Positions 19,624 to 28,949 of a stretch of DNA of 64,000 nucleotides are shown piece after piece (within the stretch, counting starts at the first letter, position 1; each line of letters starts with the position of its first letter). A program made the position numbers and the translations under genes. This stretch comes from Herpetosiphon sp. NSE202 (lineage in GTDB: Bacteria > Chloroflexota > Chloroflexia > Chloroflexales > Herpetosiphonaceae). Location: positions 322,110 through 386,109 of the forward strand of contig NZ_JBHUPY010000007.1 in assembly GCF_042688385.1 (NCBI RefSeq), read 5' to 3'. The notes below the pieces were generated by a model that was given only the letters and a program-made list of their open reading frames with translations, did not search any database and was not told where the DNA came from.

Positions 19624-21954
19624 TTATGGTTGCGGATATATATACACAATATTGAGCGGGCTGATCCTATAATTCGCAATTGTACTTAAGTGCTGCCAAC
19701 CAAGTTTGTCGCGCCTGAGCAGCGCGAGCGTATTAGCAACTTGCAGCACTACATGGCGAGCCGACCAATCGCTTCTGGCCCAACTTAGTGGTTGTGCAAC
19801 CTGGATTAACTCGCGCGCTTGGCCTTGCGCGTCGATCATTGCTAAACTTGAATTAACAATCTGCTCATGGTGGATTAGATACCATTGGCTATCGCCCGAC
19901 CAATGCCCTTGATAATTTTGCGCCATAGGATCGCGCCATAGCTCCAAGCCAGTCCTAGCATCGATCATTCGGGCAACCCCATAGCTAAATGGCAATTGCT
20001 GCTCGAACACCATAACCCGCTCGCCATTGGGTGCGATTTCAAGTTTAAGCGTATGGTTGGGGTTGGTCGCCAGCAGCAATTGGCGTTGCTGCGATTCGAT
20101 TGCATAGCTATACAGCTGATAATTCAGATCTTGATAGATGATCGTTGGCGAACCCAGCTTATACCAAAGTTGCTTGATTTCAGCAGTGTTGAGCAACCTT
20201 TGGGTTTGTGAACGATCCTCGGCCAAGGTTTGCCACAATCCATAAGCTTGATCACTATCTGGGTCGATGATGCCTGCCATGGTTAATTGACGACCATCCC
20301 AGTACATTGGAATGATTAAATTTGGCGCGGTTGGCATTTCACCAAAATCAGAGGTTTGGCCGGTTTGCAGATCAAGCGCAAGGCAGCGTTTCACCCGTGA
20401 ATCAGCTTTTGGCTCTGCATAATAGCGCGTGCAAATAACGACACTTTGATTATCGGACGCACTAACCGCGCCAAAATAATCCAAACAACACCGTTCATTT
20501 GTGCCCAAATTGAGGGTAATTGTGGTTTGGTTGGTTGGGTCATACAGATCGATACCAAAGTCTTGCACTGCCAGGATCAATGGTGGAGCATTCGAACGCG
20601 CAATCGTATGCCGAAATGGATCAACGATTGACGTATACGTGCCATCAGTTTTAATCTGGCGATATTCAGACCCAAGCCACCTCAAGAGCAAGGGTTGTGG
20701 CGCGGGTACGGGGCCAATCAGTTTGGTTTCTGGCTGGCTTAACGCTGCATCTGCAACCGCTGCTAGCTCTGGTTGAAAGAATGCTGGCAATAGATCGAGT
20801 TTGGGGATCACAATAAACCCATCAAATTGCGCAAACTGCTCACCATCAAGCCGATCGCTGGTTGCTAAAAACTGGTTCGATTTACCAGTTCGCAAATCAA
20901 AGAAATCGAGGTTGCCTGTCGATTCCAGCATTAAAAGCCGATGCTCATCGAGAAACTGAAGATAAAATTGGCTACCTGGCTCAGATCCGTCGTAGCCGTC
21001 AACCAACAACTTCCGCTCCCACGAGCCAACAATCTTACCTTCACGATCATAGGCCATAATCTGTTCTAAATTACTTGAGGAGCTATGTTCCAAGCCAATT
21101 AAAACAACATAGCTAAGATCTGCCGAAACCAACATTTGCCCAAGCCGATTGCGCTTTGGCATGGCTTCGAGGGTGGTTTGTTTGAGGATTTGCTTGGTTG
21201 CAAGATCAAGTTCTGTGATAATCCCATTGCTCAACGCTAATACTCGCTTGCCATCAGCTGCGACTTGGACAAACTCAACGCCACTTAATCTGGCTTCGCC
21301 AAAGCGCGCCTGATCCTGATCGAATGGCAATAACTGACCATCGGCCAAGAGCCACAAACCATATGCGGTTGGCAAAAGGCTGGGGTAAGCATTGACCAAT
21401 GGAGTCTCAAGCTGGCGCAAGGCTAGGCCACTGCGGCTATCCAGCCCGCGCAAACGCACCGTGGCTGGCTGAAATGGATCATTGGTCGCTTGTTTTTCAA
21501 TCAACCAAACTAGCTCATTAAACGGATCGTTGATCACATCTAAAATGGTGGTTTCGAACTGAGCTTGGCGGCTGATAATTGGCAGTTGCCACAAACGCTG
21601 ATTATCGCGCAACGAACGAGCTTCAAGCTGATAGGTATACTGGATAATCACAACTTCGCGTTCAGGATCAAGAGTTAACGCATAGCTTATGTCTACTGAA
21701 TCATGCGCCGTACCACGCGCTTTGAGCGGTTTGCGGCCATCCCAAAGGAACATATACCGATCAGAATCGATAAATAAAACATGGTTACCACCGAGATCAA
21801 CCCCAGCGCCGCCAAGACTTGCCCCGTTTGGCGTGGCGGAAACAGTGGGCGTAGTTGGCGATTGCTGGGCTGCTTGGCAATTGCTCAAGAGCGCTATCAA
21901 TCCGCCGAGCAAAAGCATTCGATACACCTTCTGCATAACTTCCTCATTCATCAA
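19624..21954 (-). CDS. paralog A2: lipoprotein form
   Basis: 776 aa. ...MQKVYRMLLLGGLIALLSNCQAAQQ lipobox (the start may be the internal MQKVYRM at 21936). Same conserved core as A1 and A3; C-terminal ...VYIYPQP. Confidence 0.75.
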   Translation of the reverse strand: MMNEEVMQKVYRMLLLGGLIALLSNCQAAQQSPTTPTVSATPNGASLGGAGVDLGGNHVLFIDSDRYMFLWDGRKPLKARGTAHDSVDISYALTLDPEREVVIIQYTYQLEARSLRDNQRLWQLPIISRQAQFETTILDVINDPFNELVWLIEKQATNDPFQPATVRLRGLDSRSGLALRQLETPLVNAYPSLLPTAYGLWLLADGQLLPFDQDQARFGEARLSGVEFVQVAADGKRVLALSNGIITELDLATKQILKQTTLEAMPKRNRLGQMLVSADLSYVVLIGLEHSSSSNLEQIMAYDREGKIVGSWERKLLVDGYDGSEPGSQFYLQFLDEHRLLMLESTGNLDFFDLRTGKSNQFLATSDRLDGEQFAQFDGFIVIPKLDLLPAFFQPELAAVADAALSQPETKLIGPVPAPQPLLLRWLGSEYRQIKTDGTYTSIVDPFRHTIARSNAPPLILAVQDFGIDLYDPTNQTTITLNLGTNERCCLDYFGAVSASDNQSVVICTRYYAEPKADSRVKRCLALDLQTGQTSDFGEMPTAPNLIIPMYWDGRQLTMAGIIDPDSDQAYGLWQTLAEDRSQTQRLLNTAEIKQLWYKLGSPTIIYQDLNYQLYSYAIESQQRQLLLATNPNHTLKLEIAPNGERVMVFEQQLPFSYGVARMIDARTGLELWRDPMAQNYQGHWSGDSQWYLIHHEQIVNSSLAMIDAQGQARELIQVAQPLSWARSDWSARHVVLQVANTLALLRRDKLGWQHLSTIANYRISPLNIVYIYPQP

Positions 21955-21957
21955 CGT

Positions 21958-24291
21958 CTATGGTTGTGGATAAACATAAATAACCTTAAAGACGTACAAC
22001 CAAGTGCTGCGTACAATGCCGCTGAAACTGGCCAACGCCAACCAATGCTGATCAATGCGCTCGACAAGATACAAATCAGCATTCAGTTGCAAGGCTAAAC
22101 GCTGGCCAAACCAATCGCTCTTGCGCAGCGTGAATTCATCAGCAAGCAGCAGTGATTCGCCCAACCGCCCTTGACGGCTCACACTAACCAAGCGTGAGTT
22201 AATCGCGTGGCTTTGGCCGATAAAGTAGACGTTACTATCGCCCGACCATTGGCCTTGAAATTGCCGCAACTGGTCGCGCCACAACTCCAAGCCCGTGCTG
22301 CTATCGAACATCAACAACGTGCCATAGCGCCAAGGGTAGCTTCGCTCAAACAGCATCATCGTTTGACCATCAGGCGCGATATCGATGCCAAGGGCCTTGG
22401 TATTACTGGTCGGCATCAGCATTTGGGCTTGGTGAGCCAAAATTGAATAGCTCTGAAGTTGATCGTCCCAATCGCGATAGACGACGGTGGGCGCACCAGC
22501 CATGTACCAAAGCTGGAGCATATCAGCCGAATCGAGCAAATGTGTGGCTTGGCTTGGCTCGTTGGCTGAGGCTTGCCACACCAAATAGCGATCATTCCCA
22601 AATCCAGGAGTGTAGCCAACAATCGTTGCCTGCTGCCCATCCCAGTAAATCGGTGTTAGGTAAGTTGCGTCGGGCAGCTCAGCAAAAATTCTGGTTTGGC
22701 CAGTTTGCAGATCGAAGGCAAGACATTGATTGAAGCGCGAATCTTCGTTCATATCGAAACGATAGCTGTAGCAGAGCAAAATACTGCGATTATCGGGCGC
22801 ACTGACCCCTTCCAAATCACTCCAACCCAGAACATTAGCAAGCTCCAAATCAAGGGTGATCGTCGTTTGGTTAGTCGGGTCAAGAATCTGCAAGCTTGCG
22901 TCTGCCCGCGCAATTAACAATGGCGCTGCATTCCAACGGGCAAGGCTATAGATATTCGCTTGCTGCCAAATGCCACGCAAACCTTCAGTCGTAAGCTGCC
23001 TGGTTTGCTCCTCGTCGTTCAGCAACGCCAAGGGTTGGACTGCTAACGGCACAGGCGCAAGCGGAGCCTTAGCCGCAATCGCGCTATCGACGGGTTTGAG
23101 CGCCGGTGGATCGACTGCTGGCATGAGCGAGCGCTTAGGAATAAGCGCAAAACTCGCATAATTTGGTTGCTCAGCCATAGGGCTAGTCGCCAGATCCATG
23201 AAGAAGCTTTGGTCGGTTGCCAGCTCGATAATTTCAAAGAGGTCAGTGTTATGCAGCAGGATTAAATGTTGATTATCGAGAAAGCGAATCCGTTGCCTAC
23301 CATCTCTATGCTCAGAATAATCCCCATAATAGACTAATGGGCGTTGCCACAAACCAAGCGGGTTGCCAGCCCGATCGTAGGCAAAAATCTCGAGCGCTGA
23401 ACCCAGGGTGTCGGAGCTATCGATAACCACAACTACAGTCTTGAGGTCAGGCGAAACTACTAGCTGTTGAAGCCGATCAAGCTGTGCTAGGTGCGAAAAT
23501 TCGGTTTGGTTGAGCGTTTGACGCTTGAGCAGATCGATCTCGCTGATTATGCCCGCGCCAAAAACCAGCGCCCGCTGCCCATCGGCTGCCACCGCAGCAA
23601 ACTCTAGTTGGCTAAAGAATGGTTCGCCAAAACCATCACGAGCTGCATCAAAGCCAAACAACTGGCCATCGGCCAAGAGCCATGGGCCAGCAGCGGTTGG
23701 CAAGACCTGCGGTTGTTCGTGTACCAACGGCGCTTGATACTGGCGCAATACCACGCCACTGCGGCTATCCAGCCCGCGCAAACGTACCGTTGCAGGCTGA
23801 AATGGGTCATTGGTGGTTTGTTTTTCCAGCAACCAGACCAGCTGCGCAAAAGGATCATGAACCACATCCACAATCGTGGTTTCGAATTGGGCTGCTTGGC
23901 TGTGAATGGGCACGTGCCATAAACGCTGATTATCGCGCAGCGAACGGGCTTCGAGCCAAACAGAATTGCGACTCAACAGCACCTCACGCTCGCGATCAAG
24001 TGTGATCGTCACATTCCAAGCGGCGAGCGTGCCTCTGGGTTCGGGCTGATTAACGCCATCCCAAAATTTAAGCTCCGCCTTGCTGCCAACCAATAAGAGC
24101 TGCTGATCGCCCAGCGGCGTACTTGGGGTTATGGCTGCCTGTTGCGTTGGCTCGGGCGCTGGCGATGCTGGAGTTTGGGTGGTTAACATCAGTGTGATCA
24201 ATAAACCAACCCCAGCCAGCACTGGCAATATGTACCAGTTGTGCCATGAACGACCAATTTTGGTGTGCTGCGAATGCTCTTCCATCAACAA
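21958..24291 (-). CDS. paralog A3: signal-anchored form
   Basis: 777 aa. MLMEEHSQHTKIGRSWHNWYILPVLAGVGLLITLML anchor; core about 75% identical to A1; C-terminal ...IYVYPQP. Only a 3-nt gap to A2. Confidence 0.75.
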   Translation of the reverse strand: MLMEEHSQHTKIGRSWHNWYILPVLAGVGLLITLMLTTQTPASPAPEPTQQAAITPSTPLGDQQLLLVGSKAELKFWDGVNQPEPRGTLAAWNVTITLDREREVLLSRNSVWLEARSLRDNQRLWHVPIHSQAAQFETTIVDVVHDPFAQLVWLLEKQTTNDPFQPATVRLRGLDSRSGVVLRQYQAPLVHEQPQVLPTAAGPWLLADGQLFGFDAARDGFGEPFFSQLEFAAVAADGQRALVFGAGIISEIDLLKRQTLNQTEFSHLAQLDRLQQLVVSPDLKTVVVVIDSSDTLGSALEIFAYDRAGNPLGLWQRPLVYYGDYSEHRDGRQRIRFLDNQHLILLHNTDLFEIIELATDQSFFMDLATSPMAEQPNYASFALIPKRSLMPAVDPPALKPVDSAIAAKAPLAPVPLAVQPLALLNDEEQTRQLTTEGLRGIWQQANIYSLARWNAAPLLIARADASLQILDPTNQTTITLDLELANVLGWSDLEGVSAPDNRSILLCYSYRFDMNEDSRFNQCLAFDLQTGQTRIFAELPDATYLTPIYWDGQQATIVGYTPGFGNDRYLVWQASANEPSQATHLLDSADMLQLWYMAGAPTVVYRDWDDQLQSYSILAHQAQMLMPTSNTKALGIDIAPDGQTMMLFERSYPWRYGTLLMFDSSTGLELWRDQLRQFQGQWSGDSNVYFIGQSHAINSRLVSVSRQGRLGESLLLADEFTLRKSDWFGQRLALQLNADLYLVERIDQHWLALASFSGIVRSTWLYVFKVIYVYPQP

Positions 24292-24323
24292 TCCTCTCAG
24301 GGTATACAGTTTTACGCATTGGC

Positions 24324-24419
24324 TTAGCGGGGATACACATAGCGTACCCTGCTTCTAGGCGTGGCTTCGAGTTGGATGCGCCAAGCAAGCTCCCAATCTG
24401 CATCAGTTAGCTCAAATTG
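24324..24419 (-). pseudogene. out-of-frame remnant of the canonical C-terminus of the family, downstream of truncated paralog B1
   Basis: Minus-strand translation gives QFELTDADWELAWRIQLEATPRSRVRYVYPR*. This aligns with the C-termini of B2 (...QIDWRISEDVGLSEEIYYVYPR*) and B3 (...TEWRMAPMEINIETIRYLYPR*) but is in a different frame from the B1 ORF, which ends at 24412. Confidence 0.55.
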
Positions 24420-25932
24420 GGCAATCGGTTGGCGGCGCTAAAGGCGCAGGAGTTGCCAAAGAGTCAAGCACATAATTTGGCGTGGGCGTTGGGTCGACTA
24501 TTGCGTGAAACGCTGGGCCTAAAGGCTCAACCGCTGCCCCAACGACTTCGCCCAGCCAATAAATCTGTTGGGTATGCGCTTCAATCGGAGCTACGAAACT
24601 CTCAGTTGTGTCGGTTGAGCTATTCCAGCGATACACCAACGAGTGGTAAAAAAGCAGCTCTACGCTGGTCGGCGCTTCAAGCCATTGGTCAGCAATGCTT
24701 GCTGGGTAAAATAAGGTAGACGAATTCTGAAAACGCCGTGTTTGCAGTTCACCATCGGTTAATCGGTAGACCGAATAGTAATTCCGCTGTTGATTAATAT
24801 CGACTTCTTTTGCATTTGTATCACTCTTAACCAGCAACATGGTCTGATCAAGCGCTAAGATACTCCCGAATATCTCGCCCTTGATCGGTTGCTTTAAGCG
24901 CACTCTGCGCTCGGCCCCAGTCGCCCAATTGATCAAGCCCAGCTCGTCGCTAGTGCGAAAAATAGCCAATTCAGTTTGTTGGCCATCGCCCATAAGCGTG
25001 TTGTTGTAGCTCATTCCAAAGCTGGTCTGCAGGTTGGTCGCCGTGTCTAAGCGATAGAGTTGGCGCTGCTGCACAAACCAAATCTGGCCAGCAGCGGTCA
25101 CCACTGGCGCGCTATCCGGCTGAAACTGAAGATCGTTGCTTGGAGCTAACGCCCGACCATCAGCCAAGGCCAAATAGCTTAAGTGCCAAAGATTGGGCTG
25201 TTCGCCTTGCTCAAGCAAATACATGCCAGTTTTGGCCTGATCAAGCGCAAGCTTGCCGCCAAATTGATTGGGCAATAGCTGGTAGCGCCAGCGCTCACGC
25301 TTGCTCAGCAAATCGATTGCAATCAATTGCCGATTGCGGGGGATCAGCACAGTTTGCTGGGCTGGCAACAGCGCAACCAAGCCCTCGCTATTGGCATCAA
25401 TCGCAGCAATTGGCACTAATTGATTGGGATCGGCACGGTTCAAATAAACCTGCGAGCCAGCAGTATCGCGATTGATTAGATAGATATGGCGCTCAAACGC
25501 AGGTTCTGGAATTGCGGTTACAGTTGGCAATGGCGAAGCAGTGGCAAAAATAGCACGGGTCGCGACCGCCAGCGGAACAGCATCTGGCTTAATCGGTTCG
25601 GGCTTAATCAGCTCAGGGTCAAGCGTGGCTAGTGGGCCAAGTTGGTTGATTGGCAGCGCTGTGCGAGCTTGAGCACTTGGCGTGGCACGAGGAGTTGTGC
25701 TTGGAAATAGAACAATCGTGGCGGTCGGGCTGGGTTTAATCGTGGGCGAGGCAGCAAGCGCCACGGCTGTTGGCTGCTTGGTAGGGCTAGGTTGGGCTTG
25801 ATCAACAGCGCTTAAACCAAACAGCATACGCAGAACTAAGCCAAGCCCAATTACTGTGCAACTCAGCAGCAAAACCTGCCAACGGCGCACGTCATTACGA
25901 GCCTTGGCGGCAGAACGATCATCCATCAGCAA
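24412..25932 (-). CDS. paralog B1: internally deleted, frameshifted derivative (possible pseudogene) of the B-type members
   Basis: 506 aa. Anchor RRWQVLLLSCTVIGLGLVL. Collinear with the N-terminal roughly 480 aa of B2 and B3 up to ...YWLGEVVGAAVEPLGPAFHAIVDPTPTP, then terminates. The roughly 400-aa C-terminal domain seen in B2 and B3 is missing except for the out-of-frame tail at 24324-24419. Confidence 0.6.
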   Translation of the reverse strand: MLMDDRSAAKARNDVRRWQVLLLSCTVIGLGLVLRMLFGLSAVDQAQPSPTKQPTAVALAASPTIKPSPTATIVLFPSTTPRATPSAQARTALPINQLGPLATLDPELIKPEPIKPDAVPLAVATRAIFATASPLPTVTAIPEPAFERHIYLINRDTAGSQVYLNRADPNQLVPIAAIDANSEGLVALLPAQQTVLIPRNRQLIAIDLLSKRERWRYQLLPNQFGGKLALDQAKTGMYLLEQGEQPNLWHLSYLALADGRALAPSNDLQFQPDSAPVVTAAGQIWFVQQRQLYRLDTATNLQTSFGMSYNNTLMGDGQQTELAIFRTSDELGLINWATGAERRVRLKQPIKGEIFGSILALDQTMLLVKSDTNAKEVDINQQRNYYSVYRLTDGELQTRRFQNSSTLFYPASIADQWLEAPTSVELLFYHSLVYRWNSSTDTTESFVAPIEAHTQQIYWLGEVVGAAVEPLGPAFHAIVDPTPTPNYVLDSLATPAPLAPPTDCPI

Positions 25933-26081
25933 ACCCTCTCACTCGTGCTTGACCATGGGGAATAGTACGATCAAGCCTAGCGTAAGCGTCATGGGTTGCA
26001 CAATGATAGCAAGCTGATGCCAAGCTGAGTCGGGGGCTGAGGATCATAACCTGTGATCCAATCCCCAGCCCCTCTATTCAA

Positions 26082-28784
26082 TTAACGTGGATACACATAA
26101 TAAATCTCTTCGGAAAGGCCAACATCCTCGCTAATCCGCCAATCAATCTGCAATGCTTGGCCATCCCAGCTAAGTTGTTCAAGGCTTGGTTGCCACAAAT
26201 GCTGGGCCAGTAGCGTTTTGCCATCGTTATACAAGGCTACTGGTTTTTTGAGCGGATCACGCTTTGTACTAAATACGAGGCTTGGTTGTTGGGCGTTATA
26301 AACGCCAAGCCGTTGTTCGCGGACAATATTCCCAAAATCCAGCAACAACCAACGGCCATCAGGCGACCATAAAAATGGGCTTTCGCTACTCTCGGAATAC
26401 GCGCCTGAATCTAGTTGATACCAGCGTTGCTGCTCAAGCTGGTATAAGGCCGGAGCACTACTGCCATCAGCTGTTGGCAACATAAAAGCAAAGCTATTGC
26501 CTTCGGGCGAAAAACTCAGCGCATCGGCGGCTAATGGCAGCAAGGGCAGAGCAATATCGTGGCTCTGCTGCTTAACCAAATCGAGCACTCGCAGCAGCAT
26601 CGTTTTATTAGCAGCCGCCAGCGGGTAGATGAGCCAGCGTTGATTGGGCGCAACATACACCCGGGCCAGAATCGCATTGCTCACATCAGGAATGTTGGCC
26701 ACAATCGCGGGAATTTCAGCGATTTTTTCGGCTTGGAATGGCGGCCCGAGCTGCACCCGCCAAAGCGGTTGCGGGTTTTTGCTGGTTTGCAGAAAATAGA
26801 TGCTATCGCCTTGCCAAGCAAGTGGCTTAGCCCATTTCAATTCTGGCCAGGTGCGTGAATCGGCGAGCACATTCCATTCGCCAGTTTGGGTATTGATTTG
26901 CAGCAGTTGACTTGCCCCGATAAATTGATCGTTGCTGCGCATATCTTGGCCTACCACCACCATGCTTTGATAATTTGGCGCAAGCATGCTGTCGATAAAA
27001 CTTTCGTCGTTCAGAATCTTTTCAAATTTCCATTCGACAATTTGCTGGCTCACCGGATCAAGCAATTGCCATGTTGTTAATTTGGGGTGTTGCAGCACTA
27101 AGGGCGGCTGATTATAGCGCTCAAACAGCCTAGCGCCTTCCTCAACCAATACTTCAAGCGTTTGATCAGACGATAGCCGTTGCAAGCGTAAATCTAGGCC
27201 AAGCCGATCGCCAAAAATTGCCACTGGCTGAATGCTTGGAGGCTGAATCGTTGGCAAATTCGGCTGATCATACATTGGCACCATGGTTGGTAATGGGGTA
27301 ACCGCCGCTTGATATTCGCTATTCGCCAGATTAATCGCCGGGCCAGCGATCTCACCCAGCCATGCGATGCGATGATCGCCCCACACTGAAGCCGGAACAA
27401 CCTCGGTCAAGCTATTGGTTGCTACATTCCAACGGCTAACCAACCGCTGCTCACGCTCCCAATCGAAGCTTGAGATGAACCATTGATCGGCAGTTATGCC
27501 GGGATAGATTGAGCTAAGGCTGTCAAATTCGCTAATCCCAAGCAACTGCCCAGTTCGCAGGTTGTAGACCGAGCTGAAATACCGATCGTCAACGCGTGGA
27601 TCATCGCTACTGATCATGCTCTTAACCACCAAGGTTTGTTGGTTATGCGAGAACATGGCGCTGAGCAGATTGCCTTGAAACGGCGGATTTAATGCTACTT
27701 GCTGCTCATTGCCACTCGCCCAATCGATCAGGCTCAACGTGGTTGGTGCACGAAACACGCCTAAGAATGGTTGTGTGCCATCACCAACAATCTCATTCTT
27801 ATTAAGCGCACCAACATCGCGTTTAGCCATGGTTATGGGGTCAAATTGAAACAGTTTATCCTCTTCGATGCCCCAAATCTTGCCATCGCTGGTCATGATA
27901 TGGCTATGGCCTGGGAGAGTTAATGAGCTTGGGCCAGCAAGCAGTTGAGCATCCTGAATTGTGTGATGGCTCCACGCCCAACTTGCATCAACGCTACTCT
28001 GATCAAGCACATAGACCCCGCTGCCAGTTTGATCGATCGTCAGCATCGCTTTATGTTCATACTGGTTTTTGGGCAATAATTGCATACTCCAACGCGGCTG
28101 GCCCGTTTTGATGTCAATTGCAAATAAGCTTTGATTGCGCGGCAGCAGCAAGGTTTGTTGCTCGGGCAACAGTGCCATAAAGCTTGCTGCATACTCATCG
28201 ACGGTCGCAATTGGCACAAAGCCTGTGGCCGCAACTCGTACCAATTGATATTGCTCTGTATCAGCACGCACAATAATTGCATAGCTATGAGTTTGGCCAA
28301 CTGGCGTAGCTTGCGCAGTGAGGGTTGGCAACGGCGTAGGCGTTTGAAGCCCAAGCGTTGCTGCGGGAATCGTCGTTGTTGGTTGTTGAATAACGGGCAC
28401 AATCGTTGGCAACAACTCAGCATCATGCAGATCCTTGGTTGGAACGCTGGTGAATGCTGGCTCAATCGTCGCTAAGCGAAACTCGCCTGGGTCTGCTGGC
28501 AAAACTTGGATTGGCGGCGCTGATTGCTCTGGTTGCCAGGCAGGAAATGGTGCAGCGATCAAGGTCGGGCTAGGTTGAATACTTGGCGTAGCTGAACCAA
28601 GCAAGGCCACCGCACTCGCTTCAACATGCGCTTCATCAAGCGTACTTGGCATGAATGTGAGCACCAGCATCAAGCCAATTAAGCCCAGCGCACCAAGCAC
28701 TGGCAATACCCGCCACCAATTACGATCCTTGCTCAGTTTCACTCGTTCCCGTTGTGGTTGCATCGATATTGCTCCTCTATTCAA
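26082..28784 (-). CDS. paralog B2: signal-anchored two-domain beta-propeller-repeat protein
   Basis: 900 aa. MQPQRERVKLSKDRNWWRVLPVLGALGLIGLMLVLT anchor (an alternative start lies at 28763). The C-terminal domain carries LWSPDGRWLL (PD40 motif) and ends ...YYVYPR. Confidence 0.75.
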   Translation of the reverse strand: MNRGAISMQPQRERVKLSKDRNWWRVLPVLGALGLIGLMLVLTFMPSTLDEAHVEASAVALLGSATPSIQPSPTLIAAPFPAWQPEQSAPPIQVLPADPGEFRLATIEPAFTSVPTKDLHDAELLPTIVPVIQQPTTTIPAATLGLQTPTPLPTLTAQATPVGQTHSYAIIVRADTEQYQLVRVAATGFVPIATVDEYAASFMALLPEQQTLLLPRNQSLFAIDIKTGQPRWSMQLLPKNQYEHKAMLTIDQTGSGVYVLDQSSVDASWAWSHHTIQDAQLLAGPSSLTLPGHSHIMTSDGKIWGIEEDKLFQFDPITMAKRDVGALNKNEIVGDGTQPFLGVFRAPTTLSLIDWASGNEQQVALNPPFQGNLLSAMFSHNQQTLVVKSMISSDDPRVDDRYFSSVYNLRTGQLLGISEFDSLSSIYPGITADQWFISSFDWEREQRLVSRWNVATNSLTEVVPASVWGDHRIAWLGEIAGPAINLANSEYQAAVTPLPTMVPMYDQPNLPTIQPPSIQPVAIFGDRLGLDLRLQRLSSDQTLEVLVEEGARLFERYNQPPLVLQHPKLTTWQLLDPVSQQIVEWKFEKILNDESFIDSMLAPNYQSMVVVGQDMRSNDQFIGASQLLQINTQTGEWNVLADSRTWPELKWAKPLAWQGDSIYFLQTSKNPQPLWRVQLGPPFQAEKIAEIPAIVANIPDVSNAILARVYVAPNQRWLIYPLAAANKTMLLRVLDLVKQQSHDIALPLLPLAADALSFSPEGNSFAFMLPTADGSSAPALYQLEQQRWYQLDSGAYSESSESPFLWSPDGRWLLLDFGNIVREQRLGVYNAQQPSLVFSTKRDPLKKPVALYNDGKTLLAQHLWQPSLEQLSWDGQALQIDWRISEDVGLSEEIYYVYPR

Positions 28785-28949
28785 TCATGAGTGGCTATAG
28801 GCTATGGGCTTTGGGAACCGCGAAGCACACGAAGGTTTCCTTTTTTAGCCACGAATTGCCCGAAGCATAGATTGTAGTCACAGATTTTTTGCCTTCTGCC
28901 TTTTGCCTTTTGCCTTCATCCCCGATCCCCAACCCCCGATCCCCAACCC

